A DNA stretch of 64,000 bases from Vampirovibrionaceae bacterium NZW_1234 (GTDB lineage: Bacteria > Cyanobacteriota > Vampirovibrionia > Vampirovibrionales > JAGQHJ01), in the NCBI GenBank assembly GCA_041697335.1, contig JBGUGD010000015.1, positions 159,884 through 223,883 of the forward strand. Direction: 5' to 3'. Of the stretch, positions 1 to 9,585 are shown one piece after another. A model generated the notes under the pieces. The model saw nothing but the letters and a program-made list of their open reading frames with translations, was not told the DNA's origin and did not search any database. The position numbers and the translations under genes were made by a program. Numbering within the stretch: position 1 is the first letter of the stretch; every line of letters starts with the position of its first letter.

Positions 1-249
1 GGCTTAAAAGACAAAGACATCCCGCCGGAGATGTCGGCCCGGCTATTTGAACGATCCGGCGTCGCGCACCCCCATCACAAAGCGATTCACTATATAAAGG
101 AAGGACGTCACAGTGGTCTCTTTTCTTTAGATCCCACACGCATCCTGGGGCATTTTGAAGAATTTATGGCAAACGTCTATGGCCCAACCTGGGATCAACC
201 CAAAACACCCAAGCCAGAGCAATCTGTGACGGCAACAACAAGACAGTAA
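1..249 (+). CDS. 3' end of a hypothetical protein (partial, enters from the left edge)
   Basis: Frame is open from base 1 (GLKDKDIPPEMSARL...) to TAA at 247-249; no recognisable motif. Confidence 0.5.
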   Translation, partial: GLKDKDIPPEMSARLFERSGVAHPHHKAIHYIKEGRHSGLFSLDPTRILGHFEEFMANVYGPTWDQPKTPKPEQSVTATTRQ

Positions 250-290
250 TGCAGGTACTGCACTATTATCCAGGCTTCACTTGTCAATAC

Positions 291-367
291 TGGGGCGACT
301 GATGGGATTCGAACCCACGATAACCTGAACCACAATCAGGGGCCCTGACCACTAGGCGACAGTCGCC
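291..367 (-). tRNA. tRNA-His (GTG)
   Basis: Reverse complement GGCGACTGTCGCCTAGTGGTCAGGGCCCCTGATTGTGGTTCAGGTTATCGTGGGTTCGAATCCCATCAGTCGCCCCA: anticodon arm CCTGA-TTGTGGT-TCAGG, T-loop GTTCGAATC, encoded G-1 and CCA. Confidence 0.97.
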
Positions 368-622
368 ATATCGCTTTTCGCCAGTTACGTCCGTTTGGAA
401 ACGTAGGGAGCGATGACGAGAATGTTATTTTAACAAGGACCCTTTGGGAAGTCTAGAGTCAACCGGGAATCCTTTAGAACTCTTCAAAACCGCCAACCCA
501 TGGGCGATTCAATTGTAACGAATCAGGACTAACTCGAGCGACTTCACTTAAGCACAGGATTCATCATCCCCCCTTTGCGGGTATAGTGGAAATAGCACCA
601 CCGGGAACACACTCAAGGCCAC

Positions 623-1864
623 ATGAAAAAAATTCTACTTCTTAGCAATGCGCAGTCTATTTTGCCCAGCCAGCTTGGCGTTAAGCTGGAAGCGGAAGGC
701 TTTTGCGTAAACCACCCTGCTCACGAGATGCATGAGTGGCTTTCCGAGATAGATGCCCATCAGCCGGATCTCATTCTGATGGAACTTTTGGAAGACAATA
801 TGCTGGAGCTCTGTCGTCTCTGTCATCGTCTTCGCCAGGAAAGCCACACCGAAAGCATTCCCATTCTTCTGTTAGGCGGCCCCAGTGTCAATGGAAACGG
901 AAACGCATTAAATGCCCTGCTTGAAGGCTTACAAGCAGGGGCCAACGACTATTTGCAGACGCCCTTCGGTATGCCCGAGCTATTGAGTAAAATCCATACG
1001 GCGTTGCGGATGAAGAATCTGGTGGAGCGGTCTCAGGTTTTGGCCAACCAGCTGAATTCCGTCAATGAAGAGCTCTACCAGCGCAACATTCAGGTGGAAA
1101 AAGAATTGCACATTGCCCGACAGCTTCAGCAAAGCCTGCTTCCCCCCGCCATTCCACAACCCGAAGATGATTCGGCGCCCATTTTTACGAAAATCCATTA
1201 CCAGGATGACAAAATCCGAATCTCCGGGATCTACCTCCCCTGCGATGCGCTAGGTGGCGATCTTTACGACGTGATCAAATTTCCCGATGAGGCCTTGGGA
1301 ATTTCCATTACCGACGTGTCCGGCCATGGGGTTCCGGCAGGCTTTATTACGGCTATCTTCAAAACGTCACTATACCGGATTACCCACCAGCAAACCGATC
1401 CATCGGTCGTGCTTTATCATTTGAACAACGAATTGTTTGACATTGTCAAAACCGGGGATTATGTCACCAGCATCTATCTCAGGATCGATCCCCAGACTAT
1501 GCAACTGGATTGTGCGGGAGCAGGGCATCCCTACCCCTTTTATTACTGTGCCAAGGAGCATGCGATTCATCGCCTCAAGAAAAACGGCACGCCACTCGTG
1601 TGGGTTCGCGACATTGAGTATCCCCTGGACAGTATCCAGTTGTCACCCGGTGATAAAGTGTTTTTAATTACCGATGGCATTTCCGAACTGAAAAATCCGG
1701 CCGGCGAAATGTATGGCGAGGACCGCGTGACGAACCATCTGCTGGAAGCCATTGAAGCCGGGGCACCGTATTTGACAGACGAACTTATCGGCAACCTGTC
1801 GGACTATACCGAAGGCGCTCCGCTGGAAGACGACATCAGCATGGTGCTGATTGAAGCGTTATAA
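623..1864 (+). CDS. Receiver-domain PP2C/SpoIIE-family Ser/Thr phosphatase (RsbU/RsbP-like)
   Basis: N-terminal REC-like domain, coiled coil, ARQLQQSLLP, GGDLYD, DVSGHG, TDGISE and DDISM PP2C motifs. Confidence 0.92.
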   Translation: MKKILLLSNAQSILPSQLGVKLEAEGFCVNHPAHEMHEWLSEIDAHQPDLILMELLEDNMLELCRLCHRLRQESHTESIPILLLGGPSVNGNGNALNALLEGLQAGANDYLQTPFGMPELLSKIHTALRMKNLVERSQVLANQLNSVNEELYQRNIQVEKELHIARQLQQSLLPPAIPQPEDDSAPIFTKIHYQDDKIRISGIYLPCDALGGDLYDVIKFPDEALGISITDVSGHGVPAGFITAIFKTSLYRITHQQTDPSVVLYHLNNELFDIVKTGDYVTSIYLRIDPQTMQLDCAGAGHPYPFYYCAKEHAIHRLKKNGTPLVWVRDIEYPLDSIQLSPGDKVFLITDGISELKNPAGEMYGEDRVTNHLLEAIEAGAPYLTDELIGNLSDYTEGAPLEDDISMVLIEAL

Positions 1865-2039
1865 TCCCCAAATTACTTGGAAAAGGCTGGGTATGTGCTA
1901 AGAACAGGTCTCACAAACCCTATGGACTTAACGTTGAGATGGGATTATCGCTTATTAACACATCCTGAAACCGAAAAAAGCTTTTCAGGCCGTTCGGTTT
2001 CGCTGGTTATTACAAGTGTTTAATTGTCAAAATGCTTAT

Positions 2040-2570
2040 CTAAATGACGGGACGACCAATAACTGGGGGGGGAGAATCTTCTGCTGGTGGAAAAATTGGC
2101 AATATGGTAGCTTTGCCACTCCCGTCTATTACAATTTTAACAGGTATTCCATTAGGATCGATCACGTCTCCCTCAGCACCAATTTCAATTTCTTTTCCGT
2201 CTGGCCCCACAACAACTGGTGTTATCGCACTATCAAGGTCAGGAACCGTAATGGTGCCAATTGGTTTACCATCTTTGTCTGTCACGTCATATTTTCCACC
2301 ACCCGCCGGTGTAACAGTATACCCTGGACCCCAAATACCCTTAATTCCATCTTTAATTTTGTCTGCCTCAGTTTTTGGAGGTTCCGGATCCGGCTCTATC
2401 GCTGTAAACGTACTAAAATTAACGCTAATAGTGTCCGTTTTAGTACCACTATTCATGCCAATTGGGTACAAAACCTCTGAACTACTTGAACCGACGGTAG
2501 AGGTCGAGGGCAAGCCCGGTACTAAAGGATTGACACCACCTGGATTTGGGATTCCTGAAGTTGAAGTCAT
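2040..2570 (-). CDS. Hypothetical Pro/Gly/Thr-rich protein
   Basis: 176-aa ORF, RBS-like GAGGA upstream, sigma-28-like promoter upstream, AT-rich codons. Confidence 0.7.
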   Translation of the reverse strand: MTSTSGIPNPGGVNPLVPGLPSTSTVGSSSSEVLYPIGMNSGTKTDTISVNFSTFTAIEPDPEPPKTEADKIKDGIKGIWGPGYTVTPAGGGKYDVTDKDGKPIGTITVPDLDSAITPVVVGPDGKEIEIGAEGDVIDPNGIPVKIVIDGSGKATILPIFPPAEDSPPPVIGRPVI

Positions 2571-2606
2571 AATATTTCCTCAAGGTTAAGTCATTTGTAC
2601 CCACAG

Positions 2607-2633
2607 TTATCGAATTATTGTGTAGATACTTTA
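2607..2633 (-). promoter_or_regulatory. Sigma-28 (FliA)-type promoter
   Basis: Minus strand TAAAGTAT-N11-TTCGATAA versus consensus TAAAGTTT-N11-GCCGATAA, 36 nt upstream of the start at 2570. Confidence 0.65.
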
Positions 2634-3005
2634 GAAGTGGGAGCAAAAATTAACAACATCATGCATACTTTCATGTCTTTGAGCTTGCTTCTCCTCCTCA
2701 CCTCTATTGACCTATTTCCCCATGTTTAGGTCATTCGAATACAATCACTCCCCTATCTCTCGCTTCAGAGCTTGCCTCATTTCCTTCGTCATCTGTTTGA
2801 ACAGCTTTTGATTTTTGGAGGTCATGCTGTCCAAATCAGGAATAATTGGCCGGAGGCGACTTTAGCATGGGGAGATAGGGTATTGCGATAAAGGCCTGTG
2901 GCTCCAGCAGCCTGGAATGGATGGGAAAATCAAAAAGGTTATGGCAAACCTCCGATTCCTTGCAAATCGGCCAAAAGCAGGCTATTCCCCTATAAAACTA
3001 ACCGC

Positions 3006-3260
3006 TTAGTTAAACTTAAACATGGCCAGCACGGTGAGAATGATGACCAAGGCCATGGCTGCATCGTTAAAGGGCTCCGGCACGACCGTGAGTGCAACCA
3101 CCCCGAGAAAGAACACCAGGACCAGGCCTGCCATGACTTTTTCCTGCACGTAGCGTCCCGATCCTTCTTTGGATTCGGTTTTCGCAGGACCTTTCTTGAG
3201 AGCCGACTCCACTGCAACAGAATCGATCAGTTGAGGCTCAGGGGGAATTACAGAAGTCAT
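3006..3260 (-). CDS. Small membrane protein (2 TM helices)
   Basis: Two hydrophobic segments at the C-terminus; directly downstream of the trmB-like gene; GGAG upstream of ATG 3260. Confidence 0.7.
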   Translation of the reverse strand: MTSVIPPEPQLIDSVAVESALKKGPAKTESKEGSGRYVQEKVMAGLVLVFFLGVVALTVVPEPFNDAAMALVIILTVLAMFKFN

Positions 3261-3310
3261 CGTCAAACACACTCCATATTTTGTTGGGAAAACCGGACCC
3301 GGTGGGTACC

Positions 3311-4126
3311 CTAGTGAGCGCCGATGAGGATTTCCTCACCGAAAATTTTGTTTCTGAGCTTGTGGAAGTGGGTGCCATAGGCTTTTTCCATTGGCTCTTT
3401 CAACGTGCGCTCAACGTCCAGTATAAAAATATCATGAACGATCAATTCTTTCAGAATCAACACAATGGCTGGATTGCGGGTCCACAGGGCATGTGGCTGT
3501 GTCGTGCCGACAGGTACCGTACTGACCAGGCCCTCAAAGGCATCAACGGCCAGAAACAGCCAGCGTCCACCCAACTGGGTTTCAATGGTATCAGCAAGAG
3601 AGTGTTGATAGACCGTACAGAAATCGTAGCCAACCGAGTTATAGCCTACAATATAGATATTGACACCTCGCTCAGCCGCATCACGCAAGGGCTTTTCCAA
3701 CAGGTGCTGGTCATGGCTCCACAGTTCCATAAAAATGGTTTCTCGGGCCCCTTCAATCATTTCCCGAGCGTGGGCGTAAATCGCATCTTCCCCGCGTAAG
3801 TTATGAACCGGCTCGATACTCTCCACCGCATAACTGGGCAGAGCCGCCCGGAGAAAATTAATGGAGCCTTGATATTGCTTTTCAAAACGGTTCAAAATTT
3901 CTTCAGGGGACACCGGGATGTACTGAACCGGCTTGCCTTCCGTAGCCACCACCATCTTTTGAGATTCCAGCGCCTTTAGTGTGTCGTAGGCCCTGGCCTG
4001 AGGGATATTGGCATTCTTGCTGATTTCATAGCCCGTAGCCGGGTGACTCTTTAAAAGGGCTAGGTAAACTTTCGACTCGTAACTATTGAGCCCTAAGCGT
4101 TTGAGCTGTTCAATGATAGCATCCAT
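3311..4126 (-). CDS. TrmB-family transcriptional regulator
   Basis: LGLNSYESKVYLALL...TGYEISKNANIPQARAYDTLKALE wHTH plus C-terminal effector (PLD-like) domain; start taken at MDAIIEQ. Confidence 0.92.
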   Translation of the reverse strand: MDAIIEQLKRLGLNSYESKVYLALLKSHPATGYEISKNANIPQARAYDTLKALESQKMVVATEGKPVQYIPVSPEEILNRFEKQYQGSINFLRAALPSYAVESIEPVHNLRGEDAIYAHAREMIEGARETIFMELWSHDQHLLEKPLRDAAERGVNIYIVGYNSVGYDFCTVYQHSLADTIETQLGGRWLFLAVDAFEGLVSTVPVGTTQPHALWTRNPAIVLILKELIVHDIFILDVERTLKEPMEKAYGTHFHKLRNKIFGEEILIGAH

Positions 4127-4535
4127 AATGGCGTCCGAGTTGCGGTTTCCTAAAATACTTACCAAACATGGTAGTATATCCATGCGGTGTCAGAAATTTC
4201 AATCCTTGTGCATGGAAATGTAACAATCCTGTCTTTCGCTTATCTCTCCCCCTCTTTTATTTCTAGTGCTTCCAAAAGACATCATTCATGACGGCAGCTT
4301 CATATCACTGCCCCCAATCTGGATATAATTGTGACGTCCTTTTTTTATCTTTTCCCACGCATTACCAGAACTCTTTCTTTTCTTATGTTTTATAGACGAA
4401 TAAATGTTAACAAAAACGTAATATTTGAATTTTTATTAGCATGTTTTATTTTTTTGTTGTTTTAATATATGTACAGCAGGGTTAAACACTTTATTGGACT
4501 AACAAATATTGATGACTTGGAGGGACTTTAGGCTG

Positions 4536-5834
4536 ATGGTCAAACAAGATAGATTGCAACAAGGTGCCGATCAGCATGCGACCGTCCGTAAAGGCGGGGG
4601 CTTACTGAAAAAGCCCCAAGCACAGGAACAGGCAACCGATTACGAAGTTCTGGAGAACGTTAGCAAGACTTCCTTAACTCGTATTGAAATGAACATGCTT
4701 CCCAAGCAAAAGCCGGATTTTGACTTGCCGGGTGCAACCAAAGACGGTTTAATTGCCGAGTGGTTGAAAGATTGGATCCGTAACGGGGTCGAAAACGGTG
4801 ACTTGACGGAAAGTCACTTGATGCCGAAAAAAGCTGACATTGCCAAATACTTGGGCGTCAGCGTCGGGACGGTTCAAAACGCCATCCGCTTCATTGAAGA
4901 CGAAGGCTTCGTTGAATCCAAACAACGTATCGGCACCATCATCAGCAACCCGGAGCGTTCCGGCTCCCGTCTGCGCAAGCTGACATCCAAGCGGGATCAT
5001 GCCGTGATTGCTGTTAAGAAACTGATTCTGGACCGCAACATCCAGCCAGGCGAAGCATTGCCCTCCGCTCGGGAAATTGCCCGTATCATCGGCAGTGCGC
5101 CAAATACCACCCGTCTGGCACTGGAATTTCTGGCCAGCCAGGGCTGCGTTGAAAATCGTGGCGCTCGTGGCAACAAAGCCAACTGGTTCCTGTACGAGGT
5201 ACCTACCTTAAGTGACAGTGAAACCGTTACGGCCATTGCTTCTGACACCCTGATCGACCAAATCGAACGGGACCTCAAGAAGCTCATCGCCGATAACTAC
5301 AACGTGGGCGACAAGTTGCCGTCTCACCTGGAGTTGGCTGATACCTTGAAAGTCAGTATTAAAACCGTTCACGACGCAATGTGCCGGGTTACTGAGCAAG
5401 GCATTGTGCAGTCCAAGCGGGGCCGCTATGGCACCTACATTATGCGCAAGCCTGACGCTGACAAGCTCTTCTCGACGGAAGAAGCAGCCAGCATCTTTAT
5501 GCCGGCGCAAGAGGCCTTGTTTTACAACTATGAAAAAGTTGAAAAACACCTGAAGGTCTTGATCGCAAAAAAGTTCCAACTCGGTGACAAACTCCCATCG
5601 ATGAGCCAATTGGCTGAAGCCTTGGATGTCAGTAGCAATACCATCCGCAAGGCCCTGCAAAACCTGGCTCAGGAAGATGTCGTTCGCTTCGAACGGGGCC
5701 GTTACGGCGGGACCTTTGTGACCAAAGTTCCGGAAATCCAAGAAGAAAAATCCTTCGCCTGGGTGTCCATCAATCCGGAAACCATCAAAAGTTACCGGAA
5801 GCAAGGCAGCAACCAGGAAGTGGTTTCCAACTAG
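4536..5834 (+). CDS. Transcriptional regulator with four tandem GntR-type winged-helix domains
   Basis: Four copies of the pattern (G)D/ExLPS..ELA..L.VS..T...A...L..EG.V....G.GT; no effector domain. Confidence 0.88.
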   Translation: MVKQDRLQQGADQHATVRKGGGLLKKPQAQEQATDYEVLENVSKTSLTRIEMNMLPKQKPDFDLPGATKDGLIAEWLKDWIRNGVENGDLTESHLMPKKADIAKYLGVSVGTVQNAIRFIEDEGFVESKQRIGTIISNPERSGSRLRKLTSKRDHAVIAVKKLILDRNIQPGEALPSAREIARIIGSAPNTTRLALEFLASQGCVENRGARGNKANWFLYEVPTLSDSETVTAIASDTLIDQIERDLKKLIADNYNVGDKLPSHLELADTLKVSIKTVHDAMCRVTEQGIVQSKRGRYGTYIMRKPDADKLFSTEEAASIFMPAQEALFYNYEKVEKHLKVLIAKKFQLGDKLPSMSQLAEALDVSSNTIRKALQNLAQEDVVRFERGRYGGTFVTKVPEIQEEKSFAWVSINPETIKSYRKQGSNQEVVSN

Positions 5835-5874
5835 ACAGAGCTTCAAAACATAGCCAATTTACACACACACACAT

Positions 5875-5907
5875 AAAAGCCAGGTGCCCGTCACTTGGCT
5901 TTTTTTT
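5875..5907 (+). terminator. Rho-independent terminator
   Basis: AAAAGCCAGGTG-cccgt-CACTTGGCTTTT followed by a T-run, after the 4xGntR gene. Confidence 0.85.
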
Positions 5908-6034
5908 GCCTATTTTTATTGCCTTTTTTCAGTTACAAACCTTCACATTTTATATCTTTTTTATCAATCTTAGATATTGATTTGTTTTTATTTCAGTATC
6001 ACGTAGTAGCTTTATGGAAAGTGTGTGTGTCCTT

Positions 6035-8599
6035 ATGGCGTTTTCGTCAGACAGCTTTTTGTCGCCTGGACTGTTCCAGAACATTGGCGGGCTTGGTACC
6101 CCAAGCATCCCCAATGGAACAAATCCATGGTTTCAGGATACATCGGGCTTTAGTCCGGGGTTTCAGCAGTCATCGCCCTTCAGCTTTGGCGGGGTGGACA
6201 GCTTTGCCCAAACCGGCTTCTCCAGCTACAACACCGATGGCTATGGTGGCTATGGTGGCTATGGCGGCTATGACTTCAACGGCTATGGCTCCCCAGGCAG
6301 CTATTGGGGAGGGGACTCCGGCGGCTTTAACAATGGCTTTTCAGGTGGCTTTGATACCGGACAAAGCGGCTTTTTTGACCCCAACAGCTTTAGCAACCAA
6401 GGCTATTTCTTTGATGCCCAAGGCAATCCGCTGAACTTTAACGGCTCTGGCGGCAATGGCTTTGACTCCGGCCAAAGCGGCTTTTTTGATCCCAACGGCT
6501 ATGGCAGTGGCTTTGACGATCAAGGCTATTATTACGATGATCAAGGCTATCCCATTGATCCCAGCCAAGATCCCCGTGCCTTTGGTCCACCCGGCTTTGA
6601 CCCAGGCTTTGACCCAGGCTTTGATCCAGGTTTTGATCCGCAGTTTGATCCGGGGTTCGACCCGCGATTTGTCCAAGGCCCACCTCCTCGACCGCCTCAG
6701 CCTCGCTCCAACCCGCTTCTGCCCTTCCTCTTTCTCACCCTTCTGGACAAGGACCAGGGCTCAGGCTCCAGTGGCGGAGGCATCGACTTCAAGACCTTCA
6801 TGATGATGTCCATGATGAGCGGGGGCGAGATCAACCCCATGATGATGTTCCTGCTTATGGATGACGAGGACGGCTCGGGCAGTGGCATGGACTTCAAGGA
6901 CCTCATGCTCTTTTCCATGATGAGTGGCGGCGGGGGCGGCGATATGATGGGCATGATGATGATGATGTCCATGATCAACGGGGATATGGACTTTAAGGAC
7001 TTTATGCTGTTCTCCATGATGAGCAGCGGTGATTTCAACCCCATGATGATGCTTCTTCTCATGGATGACGATGTTGGCGGCAATACAGTCGCCGCCGATG
7101 GCGAAAATATCGCCAACAACTACGGCGAAGCAGGTAACATTGTCAACAACATTACCAAGCATGTCACGAACAACTACTTTGGCGGCGGTGTGATTCCCGG
7201 CAACATCTTTGGCGGGGGCACCTGTGGCATCCCTGTGCCCATTACGCCAGGAGTCTGCGCGCCCCCTTCCCCAGGTCCCGGCGTTTGTTTACCTCCTACT
7301 CCACCCCCGGTGCCAGGCCCCGGCGTCTGCTTACCACCCACACCGGGCCCCACCCATAACGGGCAGCTCGACATTGTCACCCGACTCTTTGATCACACCG
7401 GCCAGAATCTTTTGGACCAAAATGATCGGGGCTCTGTCACCATTACCCGACAAGACGGTACCGTGGTCTACCAAGGACCCAACAACGGCATCATTCCCAA
7501 CCTGCCTCGGGAAATCCTCAACGTTTCGGTCACCTTGCCCGCGGATCCGGCTCGTAACTTCCCGGGCCAAACCGTCCAGCCGCAGCAGGTTGACTTTAGA
7601 AACAACCAAAGCAATACCCTCACCATTAATGCCTTTGCCACCCAGGTCAACAACCCGCCACCGGGAAATAATGGGCAGCTCGATGTCGTGACCCGGCTGT
7701 ATGATCACACGGGCCAGACCCTGCTTGATCAGAGCGACCGCGGGACTCTGACCATCACCAAACAAGACGGCACCGTGGTCTACCAGGGACCCAACAACGG
7801 TATCATCCCCAACCTGCCTCGGGAGATCCTCAATGTTGCTGTGAACCTTCCTGCCGATCCGGCTCGAAATTTCCCGGGCCAGACCCTCCAACCACAGCAG
7901 GTTGATTTCAGAAATAACCAAAGCAATACGCTGACCATTAATGCCTTTGCCATACAACCGGTAAACAACACGCAAAACGATGCCTCGGTCCAGGTCAACA
8001 TCCGACTTACAGACCAAAACGGCATTGTACGTTACCAAAGTACTGGCACCACCTGCACCATCCGAGATGCCCAGGGCAATATCACTCACCAAGGCGGGAC
8101 CGACCCAACGCTGACCATTGAGGTACGAAACCTCGACGGCACCCTGGTGCGACAGGTCACTGGCAACCGGGGCATCTTAACTGATCTCCCCCGAGGTCAG
8201 TATAACGTCACTGTCTCCTCCACCTTCTTTGGCCAAACCCCCATTAACGTCACCCAGCAGGTCGACACGCGAACCACGCCAGCGGCCACCATCGACATCA
8301 ACCACACCATGACCTCGCAAACGCAACAGCAGCAGCAGGGCAATAATATCAGCTTCAAGCATTACTGGACCTCGAATGAATATGTGGGCACGAGCCAATA
8401 CTACCCGGCACAATATGTGAACCAATACGGCCAAATCCCCAATGGGTTTGTGCAATTCCACACCATCGGGGATCCCAACTCGGTGCCCTATGACACAGGC
8501 TCCATCCTGGTCAATCGAAAGACCTTCATTAATGGGCAACAGGTTGAACAAAGCGATATTCAAATGTTTGTCCGAGACATCCCCCGATGGTATGCCTAA
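6035..8599 (+). CDS. Large low-complexity protein: G/F/D/Y-rich N-terminus, Met-rich repeats, Pro/Cys repeats, duplicated beta-rich domains
   Basis: Long ORF (alternative ATG at 6014) with coherent codon usage and internal repeats. Confidence 0.85.
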   Translation: MAFSSDSFLSPGLFQNIGGLGTPSIPNGTNPWFQDTSGFSPGFQQSSPFSFGGVDSFAQTGFSSYNTDGYGGYGGYGGYDFNGYGSPGSYWGGDSGGFNNGFSGGFDTGQSGFFDPNSFSNQGYFFDAQGNPLNFNGSGGNGFDSGQSGFFDPNGYGSGFDDQGYYYDDQGYPIDPSQDPRAFGPPGFDPGFDPGFDPGFDPQFDPGFDPRFVQGPPPRPPQPRSNPLLPFLFLTLLDKDQGSGSSGGGIDFKTFMMMSMMSGGEINPMMMFLLMDDEDGSGSGMDFKDLMLFSMMSGGGGGDMMGMMMMMSMINGDMDFKDFMLFSMMSSGDFNPMMMLLLMDDDVGGNTVAADGENIANNYGEAGNIVNNITKHVTNNYFGGGVIPGNIFGGGTCGIPVPITPGVCAPPSPGPGVCLPPTPPPVPGPGVCLPPTPGPTHNGQLDIVTRLFDHTGQNLLDQNDRGSVTITRQDGTVVYQGPNNGIIPNLPREILNVSVTLPADPARNFPGQTVQPQQVDFRNNQSNTLTINAFATQVNNPPPGNNGQLDVVTRLYDHTGQTLLDQSDRGTLTITKQDGTVVYQGPNNGIIPNLPREILNVAVNLPADPARNFPGQTLQPQQVDFRNNQSNTLTINAFAIQPVNNTQNDASVQVNIRLTDQNGIVRYQSTGTTCTIRDAQGNITHQGGTDPTLTIEVRNLDGTLVRQVTGNRGILTDLPRGQYNVTVSSTFFGQTPINVTQQVDTRTTPAATIDINHTMTSQTQQQQQGNNISFKHYWTSNEYVGTSQYYPAQYVNQYGQIPNGFVQFHTIGDPNSVPYDTGSILVNRKTFINGQQVEQSDIQMFVRDIPRWYA
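7358..7955 (+). repeat. Intragenic tandem duplication (312-nt period, two ~100-aa domains)
   Basis: NGQLD[IV]VTRL.DHTGQ.LLDQ.DRG...FRNNQSNTLTINAFA begins at 7358 and again at 7670. Confidence 0.95.
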
Positions 8600-8745
8600 G
8601 GCCATCAGTCTGGTTTGTATGCACAGGTCTTACATGGTGGCCCTATCCGGGTATTCGCGGGTAAAACAGGCAACCTAAGCCACTTGTCGTTCTGATGCGA
8701 GTCCATTACAATCACAATACATCCAGCGTCTAGACAGGTGTTTCT

Positions 8746-9585
8746 ATGAACCGACCCACAGACCAAGGCCGCTCAGATTCCAATCGTAAACCTGTACCGG
8801 CTCCTAAAATCAACCGTCATGTCGATTTAAACACAGATTTTGGCCAAAGTGCCGACCGTTCTTTTTTTGAAGGCAAAGAGCGTACGCTCCTTCACTTTGT
8901 GAGTTCGGTAAACATCCCATGCTGTGTGCATGACAGTGATCCGCACCAGGTTTTAAAAGACATCGCTACGGCCAAACTCAACAACTGTGCCGTGGGTGCT
9001 CACATCGCCTACCCCGATCCCAAGCATTACGGCTACCAGCCCATGGACATGGGCATGGACGAACTGGAAGCCTGGATTATTCTCCAACTTGGCGCATTTT
9101 CCGCCCTGTGCCGCACCAATAAAATTGATATGGAACACATCCGCCCTCATGGCGCCTTGTATAACGCCTTTATCAATAACGAAGAGGTTGCCCTTGCCGT
9201 TGCCAGAGCAGTCCATCGGTTTGATCCCTGGGCCATGCTGATTGCCCCCATCAGCCCCTTGATTGATCAGGTGCAGTCAGAGGTTGAACTCCAGATTGTG
9301 CAGGAAATTTATCTGGGCAAGCGGGTGGATGCCAACGGCGTAATTATTCTGGACAGGGCCAGTGAAAACCTTCACCCGCAAGGGGTTATCGAGCAGGTCA
9401 AACAGTTCCTGACCGACGGCTCGGTGACGACCGAAGACGGCAAAGTCGTCAAGGTGAATTGCAAGACCATGCATTTGAGCCCCAAACTGCAAGGCAATAT
9501 GATGATTGCGGAACGTGTGAACGCCATGCTCAATCAGCCAGTGCCTTTGTCCTTGGTCGCCGCCGGGAGTTCAGGATGGTTGTAA
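8746..9585 (+). CDS. LamB/YcsF (PxpA-like) family protein, divergent
   Basis: DLNTDFGQS, GAHIAYPD and HIRPHGALYN motifs. Confidence 0.85.
   Translation: MNRPTDQGRSDSNRKPVPAPKINRHVDLNTDFGQSADRSFFEGKERTLLHFVSSVNIPCCVHDSDPHQVLKDIATAKLNNCAVGAHIAYPDPKHYGYQPMDMGMDELEAWIILQLGAFSALCRTNKIDMEHIRPHGALYNAFINNEEVALAVARAVHRFDPWAMLIAPISPLIDQVQSEVELQIVQEIYLGKRVDANGVIILDRASENLHPQGVIEQVKQFLTDGSVTTEDGKVVKVNCKTMHLSPKLQGNMMIAERVNAMLNQPVPLSLVAAGSSGWL

Noticed and set aside
2016..2589. Plus-strand ORFs 2016-2480 and 2044-2589
   Set aside because: Antisense to the 2040-2570 gene, which has the RBS, the promoter and more protein-like composition
4184..4535. AT-rich spacer as a replication origin
   Set aside because: No DnaA-box cluster seen and no dnaA/dnaN context; explained as a divergent promoter region
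5861..6030. (AC)6 run at 5861 and (GT)5 run at 6021 as a phase-variation or inversion signal
   Set aside because: Too short and low-complexity to be significant
6094..6105. TGGTACCCCAAG resembling the tRNA 3' end at 63984 (possible att site)
   Set aside because: Imperfect, short and inside a coding sequence; likely chance
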